Source: a virus. From it: 64,000 nucleotides of DNA. The position numbers and the translations under genes were made by a program. Location of the stretch: positions 118,633-182,632 of the IMG/VR virus record IMGVR_UViG_3300031414_000008; one strand, given 5' to 3'. Of the stretch, positions 36,346 through 46,042 are shown one piece after another (the first letter of the stretch is position 1; each line of letters starts with the position of its first letter). The notes below the pieces were generated by a model. That model made no database searches. It was not told the DNA's origin and saw only the letters and a list, made by a program, of their open reading frames with translations.

Positions 36346-37750
36346 CTGTTACTCCTTGCGGCAGTACTGCCGTTTCGTCTGGGTTCTTCACGATACCGAC
36401 GTTGATCGGAATCGGTTTGATCGTCGCTCCACGGTCAGGGCCTGTGTCAGCACGCGATCCGGCTTGCAGTAAGGCAGCGGCCGCCGCGGCGTCCATACGG
36501 GATCCCCCGACAAGTGCGTTCGAGTCAGAATCCCCAGAACCGCCATGTGAACCCTTGATGACAGAGCCGTCGGCACCGTTCGGGGTCATGAAGCCGTTGT
36601 CCAGGAAGCGACCGACCCGGGAGGCGATCGTCTGTGGGAAGTTCACGAACTGGCCCACTGCGTTCTCGATTCTATCAGGAATCGCCTGGATAGCGCCAAC
36701 GGTACCGGTCACGGAGTCCATCATCTGGTCCAGACCGCGTTCGACGACCGTCAGGTACGACGTGGCTTCATCAACGTACGAGTTCACCTTGTTGACGATC
36801 GCGTTCGGGATAGCCAGGAAGTCGTTCAGGACGTTGTTCCATTCCGTCAGGATCGCAGCGATATCCTCAGGACCGATACCCAGCAGGTCTTTCATCGTCG
36901 GGATCGAGTTGATCGCCTGCGTGTACACGCCGAAGATGTTGAAGTTCGCGTTCGGGTTGTACTGTCCGAGCATTTCGTTCGCGTTCGTCGTACGGCCACG
37001 GGCGTCAATCTCCGCCATCATGTCGTTGTACTTCGTGTAGATGTCAGAAGCAGTGATCGTCGGCGTCGGACGGGATCCCAGGAAGTTCTCGTCCTGATAG
37101 TCCGTCACTTCACCGGAGTCGTTCTCAAAGTACGCGTCCGTTGAACGGAAGATCGTCTCCTTAACGAGGAAGCCCATCGAGAAGCCGATATCAGTGTCAC
37201 GGTTGGCGTTCTGCTGCACGGAAAACGACGTGATCGACCCGAAAAACGTGGCGTTCGGCAGGGCCAACTCGACGAGCGAGTAGTTCTGAGCTGCCTTGGT
37301 CCCACGAAGGTGCTTGGTGTACAGCTGGGCGAAACGGGCGAACTGGTCGTTATCCAGGTCATCCGTCAGGACGCCAGAGATGCGGATCGCCAGCGGAGCC
37401 TGGCCGTAGAAGTACACACACTCATGCCCACCGAAGGTGTGGAACACCTGGTACTTTTCCTGGATGTCGTACGCCAGGTCGGTCATGATGAAGTCTTTGT
37501 AGCCACCGTTCGACTCGTCCTGGTTCATCATACGCTTGAACGCGACAGCCTCGAAGTAAGGCATGCCGGCGGTCAGGGCGTTGATCGTATCGGCCGTTGG
37601 GTCTTCCGACATGACGAGACGAAGCGTCGCCGCTTCACCACGCGTCGGGTTATCCTCACTGGAAGCGTAATAGCGAGGACGGACGGTGAACGCACGTTCA
37701 CCCTCCTGGTTAATACGGGCAATGCCGTACTTGTTAGCGAAATCAGCCAT
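36338..37750 (-). CDS. tail tube initiator/baseplate hub-like structural protein
   Basis: QEKYQVFHTFG....YFYGQAP....ISG.L tube-fold-like segment; follows tape measure. Confidence 0.55.
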   Translation of the reverse strand: MADFANKYGIARINQEGERAFTVRPRYYASSEDNPTRGEAATLRLVMSEDPTADTINALTAGMPYFEAVAFKRMMNQDESNGGYKDFIMTDLAYDIQEKYQVFHTFGGHECVYFYGQAPLAIRISGVLTDDLDNDQFARFAQLYTKHLRGTKAAQNYSLVELALPNATFFGSITSFSVQQNANRDTDIGFSMGFLVKETIFRSTDAYFENDSGEVTDYQDENFLGSRPTPTITASDIYTKYNDMMAEIDARGRTTNANEMLGQYNPNANFNIFGVYTQAINSIPTMKDLLGIGPEDIAAILTEWNNVLNDFLAIPNAIVNKVNSYVDEATSYLTVVERGLDQMMDSVTGTVGAIQAIPDRIENAVGQFVNFPQTIASRVGRFLDNGFMTPNGADGSVIKGSHGGSGDSDSNALVGGSRMDAAAAAALLQAGSRADTGPDRGATIKPIPINVGIVKNPDETAVLPQGVTDE

Positions 37751-37952
37751 TGGTATCCTCTACGATTCTCGTGATACGCACAACGTTTCCGCCCTCGAGC
37801 ATTTCACGCTGCATGAAAATCCCGCCCATCTGCAGCGGGATGTAAGTCTTAGTGCCACCAGAGTTCTGGTAACGAATGCCCTCCATGGCACTCGCAACTT
37901 GCTGACGGAAGATTTCCGTGGCATTCATGTTGACGATCAGGATGTTATTCAT
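37743..37952 (-). CDS. small hypothetical protein
   Basis: 69 aa coupled to the tape measure gene. Confidence 0.65.
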   Translation of the reverse strand: MNNILIVNMNATEIFRQQVASAMEGIRYQNSGGTKTYIPLQMGGIFMQREMLEGGNVVRITRIVEDTNG

Positions 37953-40900
37953 TGTCTTCCTCCGAAGTTCGGTGTTACGTTACCGGCGCCCGGTTTCGTA
38001 AGGGTCTTATTCAGATTTTCGATCGCTAATGCCAATCTCGGGTCGGTTGAACCGCCTGCTTTTGCTGCTTTTGACAGCTCGGCAGCCGCTTTCGTTAACG
38101 CGTCAGCTGAACCGGACAGTCCCTCTGTCGCTTTCCCGATGTTATCCGCCACATCCCCGAAGGATTTAATGAACTCTTCGCCACCGAACTTCTGTGACAG
38201 ACGACCCATTTCATCCTTGTCTTGGCTCGCCGCCTGGTTCGCCGCAGTTGAGATCTCCGCACCCTTCTTGATCTTGTCCGCCAGGGCCGTAACCCCGCCG
38301 TTCATCAGGGAGGTATCAGACAGAGAGTCGAGAGCATCGATGTCACTGCCAGTACGGCCGTTCTTCTGCATGCCAAACTTCAGGCCCTTGCGGATCGTCC
38401 CAACGTCCATGCCCTCGATGGTCTTGGCAACGTTCTTCGCGATGTTCTCACGGTACGCGTCACCCTCTTCGCCGAACAGCACGCCAGCATTTTTATTGTC
38501 ACCCCGGCCGAGCGCTAGGATACCCTGCTCGATCTTGTCGGTAGCGGACTTGTCCATCCCGGACATCTTCTGCATCGCCAGGAATTCTTCCACACGGGAA
38601 CGTTCTTCAGCGGTCAGTGAGTTCGGATCCTGCTTGTACTTGGCCAGGAGCTTACCGAAATCGCCTGAGAAGTAGGAATTCTCACCGCCACCGGCCTCAT
38701 AGAGGTCGCCGAGGTCTGCTTTACCGGTACGCGACATCGATCCGATCGCTGCGTTGAAGACTCGGGCCCCGTCACCGTCCTTGAAGGCTCCGGTATCGCG
38801 TCCCAGAGTCGGCGGTGCCAGTCCGAACAGGTCGAATTTGCTCCACCAGGACTCTTCTCCGGTCTTCCCGAAGGCTTTCACGAAGTCGTCAGAGACGCGA
38901 GGGTTCAGATCCATCGCCGTCACCTTCGTTTCTTTCGCACGGCCCGTCTGCAGAGCACGGTTCATCTGGTCAGCGTACTGGGAACGTGACATTCCCTGTG
39001 CCGAACCGATATCTCCCTTCTTCAGGCGGTAGTAAGCGTCCAGATCTGCACGGTTGTCCTGGTTTTTACCCAGTCCGGCGTACAGTTTCTTGGCCATCTT
39101 CCCGATTTCAGACTCCGGATCGGCATTCAGAACGTCGTTTGAGAGTGACTTCAGGATACCGTCGTAGGCCGTCGAGCGGGTTTCGTTGCCCATGTACGAT
39201 GAGTACGCCCCGATGTCGAGCTCTTTACGAACCTGTTGGCCATTCTCCATTGCCCACGTTGCTGCACCCTTGGAGTTCGGGTTCTCACGGCCCATCACAG
39301 ACGCCTGGAATTGATCCCACTTGTCAGACATGCCGGCACGGAAGGACGTGAACGCCCCAGCGATGCCGGAAGAGTCATCGAGCATCTCACGGTTGAACTG
39401 ACGGAAACGCTGGATAGAGTTGCCCAGGATCGGCACACCGGCAAGCGTGTCGTAGCCCTGCTGGGACATCCATTGGTTCATCTGCTTGTCGGCAGAGCCA
39501 CGAGATGCATTCTCCATACGACGCTGGTACTCTGGATCCATCTTCATCTTGAACTGCAGGCCGTACGTACGGGCTTCTTCCTCAGAGAGGTAGCCGTTCG
39601 CCGTCGCCCAACCGAGCGCTGCCCGGAGATCAACCTTACCGTCCTTGCCACGGGCCGACGGGATGTTCGCCGTCTGGTCGTACAGGAAGTTCATCACCGT
39701 TTCCATCGATGAGTGGTTGTTCAGGTACTCAGTGGTACGGACCCCGGAGTTCAGGATATCGTCACCGTAAGACTGCAGCGGGTTCCCGGCACGGCGTTTA
39801 CCGTAGGCCTGAGCCACGTTCAGCATGTTCCCAGAGCCGAGCTCAGCGCCGGAGTTGATCGCTGCTTTGAAGTACGGCATCGAGAAGATACGTCCTGCAC
39901 CTTCCATCGCGTACTGCGTCGCACCCTCTACGCCCCCCAGTGCCGCGGCGTCCGCTTGGTTCAGTGAACCGGTCTTGTACGCGTTAGCAAAGCCTGCATA
40001 GATCGATGCCGCTTGACGTTGACCCATGACCGGGAGCATGCCGAGACGCTGAGCGATCATCTGGCCTTGGTTACCCACGGTGTTCATGATCTGCTCGGCA
40101 GAGGACCCGGAAATCCCTGCAGCCATCCCCATTTCGCTCATGACACGGGTCACGGCGCCTGGGTTAGAAACCCCTGCGGCCTTCAGACGGGCCATGTACT
40201 GGATCGCTTCTTTGACGGACGTCGTGTTGGCGACCGCCATGATCATCTTCACGGAATCCGCCATGCCAGACACGCGTTTCTTCATGTCGTCGACGTTCAG
40301 GTTGCCGATATCGTTGAAGATACCTGCTTGCATCCCGTAGTCGGCCATGGCCGAGTAGTCACCCGGCTGGAAGCCCATGTCGCGGATGTTGTCCTGCATG
40401 AACGCCTGGGACAGACGGTTAGCATGACGTGCGGAAATACCGAAAGATCCCATGTTGGGACCGGCTTGTCCGCCGACGAACTGGTTAGCCGTGTTGGCAA
40501 GCATCGCGTCCTCACCACGACGCAGACCGATGTACGGCTCCGCAGCGTAGTAGTTAGCGGCTTTCGCTACACCTGCACCTACCGCCAGCGGCGCTGCGAT
40601 CGAACCGACCAGGCCACCGACTACGGCACCGGCTCCACCGAGAACCGTCCCTGCACCGCCCAACATTCCACCCAGTCCCATTAAGCGTCCAGCACCGCCG
40701 ATGAACCCGCCGGCCACTGACCCCACGCCACGACCCAGGACCGAACCTGCTGCCGCACCGAGAGACTGTTGTGCTGCAGTCGCACCCCACGCGGCCGCCG
40801 CCGCACGCATACCCTGTCCACGGTAAATCGCTCCGGCATACGCCGCACCACGATCCCAGAGCCCCGCTGTCGGTGAACGTGCAGCGACCTTCATTCCGAA

Positions 40901-41233
40901 GAACTTGTTCGCTCCGTACCATGCCGCCAGTGGGATACCGACCTTGGTGACGCCGTTAACGAAGGCATCCGAGTGCATCGTGTTAAGAGACCAGTTGTTC
41001 GCCCGTTCGTCCTCGGAAGGGTCAGACGCGTACGTCCCGATCGGGTTGAACATGTACTGGTTCTTGAGGGCTTCCATGTACCCGCGGTTGACGGAGTATG
41101 GATTGAAGGGATCCGTATCCGACGCGTACGCCGGACGGAAGTTGGACATGTAAGCCGGCGTGGTGTACGCCGGGTTGATACCAAAGCCGTAGTAAGACGA
41201 CATTGGTGATTGTGAAAACATGTTATCAGCCAT
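37949..41233 (-). CDS. tape measure-like protein
   Basis: about 1094 aa, Gly/Ala/Met-rich, long Gly-rich hydrophobic stretch, downstream of chaperone pair; start MADN overlaps upstream stop. Confidence 0.75.
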   Translation of the reverse strand: MADNMFSQSPMSSYYGFGINPAYTTPAYMSNFRPAYASDTDPFNPYSVNRGYMEALKNQYMFNPIGTYASDPSEDERANNWSLNTMHSDAFVNGVTKVGIPLAAWYGANKFFGMKVAARSPTAGLWDRGAAYAGAIYRGQGMRAAAAAWGATAAQQSLGAAAGSVLGRGVGSVAGGFIGGAGRLMGLGGMLGGAGTVLGGAGAVVGGLVGSIAAPLAVGAGVAKAANYYAAEPYIGLRRGEDAMLANTANQFVGGQAGPNMGSFGISARHANRLSQAFMQDNIRDMGFQPGDYSAMADYGMQAGIFNDIGNLNVDDMKKRVSGMADSVKMIMAVANTTSVKEAIQYMARLKAAGVSNPGAVTRVMSEMGMAAGISGSSAEQIMNTVGNQGQMIAQRLGMLPVMGQRQAASIYAGFANAYKTGSLNQADAAALGGVEGATQYAMEGAGRIFSMPYFKAAINSGAELGSGNMLNVAQAYGKRRAGNPLQSYGDDILNSGVRTTEYLNNHSSMETVMNFLYDQTANIPSARGKDGKVDLRAALGWATANGYLSEEEARTYGLQFKMKMDPEYQRRMENASRGSADKQMNQWMSQQGYDTLAGVPILGNSIQRFRQFNREMLDDSSGIAGAFTSFRAGMSDKWDQFQASVMGRENPNSKGAATWAMENGQQVRKELDIGAYSSYMGNETRSTAYDGILKSLSNDVLNADPESEIGKMAKKLYAGLGKNQDNRADLDAYYRLKKGDIGSAQGMSRSQYADQMNRALQTGRAKETKVTAMDLNPRVSDDFVKAFGKTGEESWWSKFDLFGLAPPTLGRDTGAFKDGDGARVFNAAIGSMSRTGKADLGDLYEAGGGENSYFSGDFGKLLAKYKQDPNSLTAEERSRVEEFLAMQKMSGMDKSATDKIEQGILALGRGDNKNAGVLFGEEGDAYRENIAKNVAKTIEGMDVGTIRKGLKFGMQKNGRTGSDIDALDSLSDTSLMNGGVTALADKIKKGAEISTAANQAASQDKDEMGRLSQKFGGEEFIKSFGDVADNIGKATEGLSGSADALTKAAAELSKAAKAGGSTDPRLALAIENLNKTLTKPGAGNVTPNFGGRQ

Positions 41234-41558
41234 GCAATTCCTCCAGACCTGTAACTTTGAGATAAGAATCCTGACCGTCACGCACCAACTTGGCCTCAAG
41301 GGTCTTGTTGCGGTACTGGCTGTATTCTTTAAGCATTTCCGTCATGCGGTTCTGCTTCGTTTGTGGCGTATTCAACACACCGTCTGCAAAGTCCCGGAGA
41401 ATTTCTTGAGCGGCTTTACCATTGCCGAGGGAGCCTGCGATCCCAGCCATAAGCTTTCTGGACTCTTGAACGATCTCGCTCATGGCGTACTGTCGCATGA
41501 TGACATCCCTCGGCGAGCCCAGAATGTCCGGCTGAATCCCTTTCATGAAGAGACCCAA
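41226..41558 (-). CDS. tail assembly chaperone, post-frameshift part (gpT-like)
   Basis: weak TTG start; frame stays open upstream to the slippery site at 41585-41591. Confidence 0.7.
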   Translation of the reverse strand: MGLFMKGIQPDILGSPRDVIMRQYAMSEIVQESRKLMAGIAGSLGNGKAAQEILRDFADGVLNTPQTKQNRMTEMLKEYSQYRNKTLEAKLVRDGQDSYLKVTGLEELHG

Positions 41559-41581
41559 CCGGACCTTAGCCCATGGCTGGC

Positions 41582-42133
41582 TTAGAAATTTGCCTTCCCG
41601 TATTCCATTGCTTCCAGGACTTTCTGGTCAAATTTCCCCATCAGCTCAGAGAGAACGATCACCAACGGTGAAGGCAGCTCTGCAACTTTCTGATAACGCT
41701 CTTTGATCGACATATCGCGGTAGTTCACACCGTTCAGGTCGATCAGAGAGTACGCCATCGTCAGCAGAGCACTCTGGTTTTGGTAGGACAGAATGGTATT
41801 GAAGACGCGGCCGTCGAGTTTCTGTGAAATCTCGTTGTCCTCACCTGCAGTACGGGACTTGAAGGTCACCTTGTAACGCTTACCGAACGGGATGACCTCG
41901 GAGTATTCACCTTCGAACATGATCGCGTCAACGATCGCCAACATCTCGTCCTTCTGTTCCTGGGTATACTCCTTCGTCTTCGGCTCTTCAGCTTTAGGCG
42001 CTGGGGTTTCCTCGACCGGTGCCTCTGGCGCCTTCTCTTCGAACATCTCGGCTACCGGAGCAGCCGTGAAATCCGTGTCGTCTCCGAACAGTGGGTTTGC
42101 TTCTACGTCAATCACATCTTGCTTCTTAGGCAT
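41582..42133 (-). CDS. tail assembly chaperone (gpG-like)
   Basis: acidic N-terminal linker then helical domain; position before tape measure; start MPKKQ after agagga RBS. Confidence 0.75.
   Translation of the reverse strand: MPKKQDVIDVEANPLFGDDTDFTAAPVAEMFEEKAPEAPVEETPAPKAEEPKTKEYTQEQKDEMLAIVDAIMFEGEYSEVIPFGKRYKVTFKSRTAGEDNEISQKLDGRVFNTILSYQNQSALLTMAYSLIDLNGVNYRDMSIKERYQKVAELPSPLVIVLSELMGKFDQKVLEAMEYGKANF
41585..41591 (-). promoter_or_regulatory. −1 programmed ribosomal frameshift slippery heptamer A AAT TTC
   Basis: X XXY YYZ immediately before the chaperone stop; −1 frame open into 41226..41558. Confidence 0.75.
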
Positions 42134-42155
42134 GTTGAATCCTCTTGATTTTAGG

Positions 42156-43754
42156 TTATTCGGTATACTTGAAGTCGCCTTCAAGGTACTGGTACGCAAC
42201 GTGTGCGAAGACTACGGAGTGCATCCAGTCATCCGGTTCATCCGGGTGGTGACGGTACACACGACGGCCTACGCCGGTCTCTTCTTCGAAGACGTTCAGG
42301 GCATCGGTCCAGTAACCCTCAGTGATTGCCCAAGATGGACACATGAAGCGGTCCGGACCGATACGCCATTTCATCATCACGTTATCGATCGCCTGAGAGC
42401 GGTCAGCTGCCAGGAACTGGCCCTGCTGGTCCCAACGTAAACGTACCTTTGCTGCCACGTAGTTTACCATGATCACTTTATCATGTCCCAGCTCTTGTTG
42501 CATCAGCTGGCCCTGCAGAACGCCCACCCCGCGGTCAGAGCCGATGACGGCACAGTTCCACTTACGGGCTAAAAGACAGACGTCACGGACCTGCTCGAGG
42601 ATGTGGATCCCTTGCATCTTCTTCGATTCGAGCATGTAGCAGCGGCCGTAGCCGTCATACCCGAGGACGGTTGCCACGGTGTAGGACTTCACGCCACCGG
42701 TAACGGACCAGTCGACACCGAGCACGGTACGGGTGATCGTCGGGGCAATCTTCTTCCAGACCGGATCGGAGAAGTCGGTAGGGGACGCCCAGGACTTCCA
42801 CTCTTCGTTACAGCACTTCATGGCTTCCGCCATAGAGAGTGAACGACCGGAGAGGTCAGTGGCAAGCCCGAAGACTTCGTTCGCCAGCGTCGCTGGGGTG
42901 TAGAGGCCGCCTTCCTGAGCCTGTTTCACTTTATCGATGAGACGGGCCCACTTCTTCGGCTTGCAGTTATCGCCGATGATGATCTGCGGTAGGTGGAAGC
43001 CTACTTTATCCCTGATGTGCGGGTTGGTCGCCACCCACTGGCCGTCGGCCGGATGGACAGGCTTCAAGCATTTATCACAGGACGGACCGTGCGGCTGACA
43101 GATACGCACACACTTCTCGTACGTGTCCGGGATAATCCAGTGGCCACAGTGCGGGCACTTGCTGACCCACTCCAGACGGTTGGTACGCAGCCAGAGTTGC
43201 TCCAGGGTGTTCGCCGTGGACTTGGACGTGCCGGCCAGGACCTTCAGTGCATATTCGGAGGCGTTGAGGATTTCGAAGATCGGTGGTAGTGCGTCGTAGG
43301 ACACGTCCTGGACTTCGTCTACGGTTAACAGATCGGCCATCAGACCACGGATACGGTCGGCGTCAGATTCGGTCTGGGCGTACGACAGGTAGATCTTTGA
43401 TTTGTTCGCCAGTGTCTTCTCGAAGACGTTGCTCGGGTCGTTTGAACGACGGAAGTATTTCTTCACGAGCGGGCTCTCCAGGAAGGCATCAAGGTAGGCG
43501 TTCGAGAAACGCTTCGCCTGGATCTGGAAAGGTGCGATGTACAGGGAGTTGAAGTACGGGCGACCGATCGACTTGGACACTAAGCGTCCGCCGAGGGATA
43601 CCGACTTCCCGATCTGACGACCGGCTTTGAAGACCATCAGGTCCGGGTCGACGTCATAGATAGCGGTAAAGGGCTTATAATCCGTGAAGTTGATCGGTTT
43701 ACCCTTCAACTCCAGGAGAGCCGCCGCTAACTGACTCGAAGTAGCTTTTTTCAT
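42156..43754 (-). CDS. terL: terminase large subunit (GpA-like)
   Basis: KAGRQIGKS Walker A, LTVDEVQD Walker B, GTSKS, CPHCG Zn ribbon, LGVDW nuclease, PDDWMHS. Confidence 0.9.
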   Translation of the reverse strand: MKKATSSQLAAALLELKGKPINFTDYKPFTAIYDVDPDLMVFKAGRQIGKSVSLGGRLVSKSIGRPYFNSLYIAPFQIQAKRFSNAYLDAFLESPLVKKYFRRSNDPSNVFEKTLANKSKIYLSYAQTESDADRIRGLMADLLTVDEVQDVSYDALPPIFEILNASEYALKVLAGTSKSTANTLEQLWLRTNRLEWVSKCPHCGHWIIPDTYEKCVRICQPHGPSCDKCLKPVHPADGQWVATNPHIRDKVGFHLPQIIIGDNCKPKKWARLIDKVKQAQEGGLYTPATLANEVFGLATDLSGRSLSMAEAMKCCNEEWKSWASPTDFSDPVWKKIAPTITRTVLGVDWSVTGGVKSYTVATVLGYDGYGRCYMLESKKMQGIHILEQVRDVCLLARKWNCAVIGSDRGVGVLQGQLMQQELGHDKVIMVNYVAAKVRLRWDQQGQFLAADRSQAIDNVMMKWRIGPDRFMCPSWAITEGYWTDALNVFEEETGVGRRVYRHHPDEPDDWMHSVVFAHVAYQYLEGDFKYTE

Positions 43755-43794
43755 GAATTTCTCCTGTTAGGTATTCAATATTTTAAAATACCCT

Positions 43795-43815
43795 GGTATA
43801 ATAACCCTGGTATAG
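43795..43815 (+). promoter_or_regulatory. tandem promoter motifs upstream of Ubl gene
   Basis: direct repeat accctggtata x2 (ggtataa at 43795, ggtatag at 43809). Confidence 0.65.
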
Positions 43816-43860
43816 AGACGCTATGCCACACAAACTAACTTACTTAAAAGGAAAGTCTAA

Positions 43861-44061
43861 ATGTCTACATCTATTCGTTCTACCGTTGTTCACATTCCTG
43901 GTCGCGACGCACGTACTCTGGACGGTATCATCATGACCAAAGAAGAAGCGGCACGTCAGTTCGATTCTGCGTTCCAGACTTCCAGCATGAATTCCCGCGA
44001 AGAAGTGATTGACGGCGTACGTCACATCTACTTCGAACGCCGCACCGGTACTAAAGGCTAA
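43861..44061 (+). CDS. prokaryotic ubiquitin-like protein (PRTRC protein C-like)
   Basis: 66 aa, beta-grasp-like pattern, C-terminus F..RTGTKG; first gene of E2/JAB/E1 cluster. Confidence 0.85.
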   Translation: MSTSIRSTVVHIPGRDARTLDGIIMTKEEAARQFDSAFQTSSMNSREEVIDGVRHIYFERRTGTKG

Positions 44062-44081
44062 GCTTTAGCTTAGTCGGAAGG

Positions 44082-44110
44082 AGGCTCCCAATGGGAGCCT
44101 TTTCTTTTTT
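44082..44110 (+). terminator. Rho-independent terminator after Ubl
   Basis: aggctccc-aat-gggagcct followed by long T-tract. Confidence 0.88.
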
Positions 44111-44127
44111 TAGTTAAGGGAGGCTTC

Positions 44128-45099
44128 ATGTCTTATCCCCTTTGGAATAGCAATACCACTGTATTCCACGAGCTTACCCCTGAACGACTGACCTCCGCGG
44201 TAGAGCTCAAAGATCTCATCCACACAGAAGGTCTCAAGGCTCGAATCGCTAGCGATGGCAGTCTGGCGGTTACCCAAGACCTCTCCACGGAGATTGATGC
44301 TCTGGGTGGCGCCGAGACGGAGGCCAACCTTCGTCAGCTTCAGCAGTGGATGAACAACATGCGTAACCTGATGACGTACACTGTGCGTGCTCAGTTCGCT
44401 GCAGGAATCGCCCCGTTCGTTCAATCCGGAAACCGCTCCGTTGAGTCCGGCCTGCGTAACCTGAACCTCGGCGTGCCTAACATGCTGGGTTTCATCCGCG
44501 GCTTCATGGGCAAGGATATCAAACATCCGGTGAAGTTTCTAGGCCTCAGTGCATCGACGACGGATCACGGCCGTGACCCTGACTTCTTGTACACGGACGA
44601 ACAGACCGGAACCTACCATACGCTACAGACGCTCGGCGAGAACCAAGCGTGGCCGGTGTGGAGTACATACCTCGAGGATACTCCTAGCCTTCGCCGCTAT
44701 ATTCGCTACGTCGATCATCTGGCCAAGCGTTACGGTATGCGTTTCGTGTACTGTCCGAAGCAGTTCAACCACATGGATGAGCTTGGCGTGCCGGCCCGTC
44801 CGGAGTGGATTCAGCAGCACGGCCAGGTCGTTCGCCGAGTGCAGTCCACGCGCTACGCCGTCCTGTTCGTTTCGCTCGCCTTTGACTACGACACCTTCAA
44901 AGACCTCACGGTTCTGGAAGTGGAGTCTCAACCGGGGCAGCGTCCGCGTCAGGCAGCACAGATGGATTACGGCCCAATCTTCGTGGATAACCTCCCGTCG
45001 ATTGCCCGCGTCATTAACACCATCGGAGCATTCCCTCCATGCAAGATCTATTTCAAAGACTATCGGAACTCCGCGAGATCGTCTCAAGCGGCCCAGTAG
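44128..45099 (+). CDS. hypothetical protein in Ubl cassette
   Basis: 323 aa, ggagg RBS; no family recognised. Confidence 0.8.
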   Translation: MSYPLWNSNTTVFHELTPERLTSAVELKDLIHTEGLKARIASDGSLAVTQDLSTEIDALGGAETEANLRQLQQWMNNMRNLMTYTVRAQFAAGIAPFVQSGNRSVESGLRNLNLGVPNMLGFIRGFMGKDIKHPVKFLGLSASTTDHGRDPDFLYTDEQTGTYHTLQTLGENQAWPVWSTYLEDTPSLRRYIRYVDHLAKRYGMRFVYCPKQFNHMDELGVPARPEWIQQHGQVVRRVQSTRYAVLFVSLAFDYDTFKDLTVLEVESQPGQRPRQAAQMDYGPIFVDNLPSIARVINTIGAFPPCKIYFKDYRNSARSSQAAQ

Positions 45100-45281
45100 T
45101 CCTGCGTGCCCTGGACGAGAAGTTGAAGTCGGTCAGTACGCCGGCTGAGGCCATGATGATTCTGCAGAACCTCAACTTCAACATCACGCGTCCAGCCCCT
45201 CGTGTGAACAACAATTCACGACAGATGAACTTTGACTTCAGCACCATGCGTGGGGTCAACACAGGGAGAACCTTCGTATGA
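45039..45281 (+). CDS. small hypothetical in Ubl cassette
   Basis: 80 aa, ATGA overlap with the E2 gene; start uncertain. Confidence 0.5.
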   Translation: MQDLFQRLSELREIVSSGPVVLRALDEKLKSVSTPAEAMMILQNLNFNITRPAPRVNNNSRQMNFDFSTMRGVNTGRTFV

Positions 45282-46042
45282 GTAATAACCAAGGGATGAC
45301 GGTCACCATCTTCCCTACGCACGTCCGCGTGCCGAATGGGTTGGGTGCCTTCAAGAACGTGTCACTGCAGGATTTCACTAACGAAATCTCCCGCGTTCAG
45401 GCCGGCCAGGAGCAGCAGCAGGCTCCGAAGCTGTCCTTCCGTTTGCCGAACGAAGCGGTGTCTGTTCGCTACAACCAGCACGAACTCGAAATCCTGATGT
45501 ACTTTGAAGAAGCCAAACGGGAAATCCGTTACGGTAACCGCAAGTACACCATCCCGTTCCCGGCGACAGTGATCAAAGTGACGCTGAAGTCGAACGGTAA
45601 GGGTGGCTGGACGGTAGAGGGCGTGAAGTGGCTGTGCACCGACTACAAGGAAGATGAAGTCCCGAACCTGTCCAACTGGGAATTCATCAACCGCAACTAC
45701 AACAACCACCTGTGGACGCTCCCGTTCCCGAACCAGTATGGCGACGGCGGCATGTGCACCGGTGCGAACTCCTACCGTTCGCTGTACCAGTATGACCTGC
45801 GTGGTCTGAACGAGCTGTTCTACACGATCCTCGTGGCATCTCCGTTCAACAACGACCTGTGGGGCTACGGTAACCGTGGTGTTCGCATGGAAGGTAACGG
45901 ACCGGGTGACTGGTTCACTCAGCTGTCCCGTCTGGATAAGTATCCTTGGCACCTGATGCCAGGTTATCCACAGAACGGTCAAACTCCTGTAACTCAAACT
46001 GAAGCACCTGAAGAGGAAGATGAAGATGACGAAGAAGAATAA
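45278..46042 (+). CDS. prokaryotic E2-like ubiquitin-conjugating protein (Prok-E2 family D / PRTRC protein B-like)
   Basis: IPFP..V...; LW.LPFPNQYGDGGMCTG with the putative catalytic Cys; SPFN.DL; acidic tail. Confidence 0.82.
   Translation: MSNNQGMTVTIFPTHVRVPNGLGAFKNVSLQDFTNEISRVQAGQEQQQAPKLSFRLPNEAVSVRYNQHELEILMYFEEAKREIRYGNRKYTIPFPATVIKVTLKSNGKGGWTVEGVKWLCTDYKEDEVPNLSNWEFINRNYNNHLWTLPFPNQYGDGGMCTGANSYRSLYQYDLRGLNELFYTILVASPFNNDLWGYGNRGVRMEGNGPGDWFTQLSRLDKYPWHLMPGYPQNGQTPVTQTEAPEEEDEDDEEE

Noticed and set aside
37949-41299. Longer N-terminal starts given in the ORF track (tape measure, chaperone, nrdA, RuvC, kinase, holin T-like)
   Set aside because: Downstream ATGs have RBSs or stop-start coupling, so starts were adjusted
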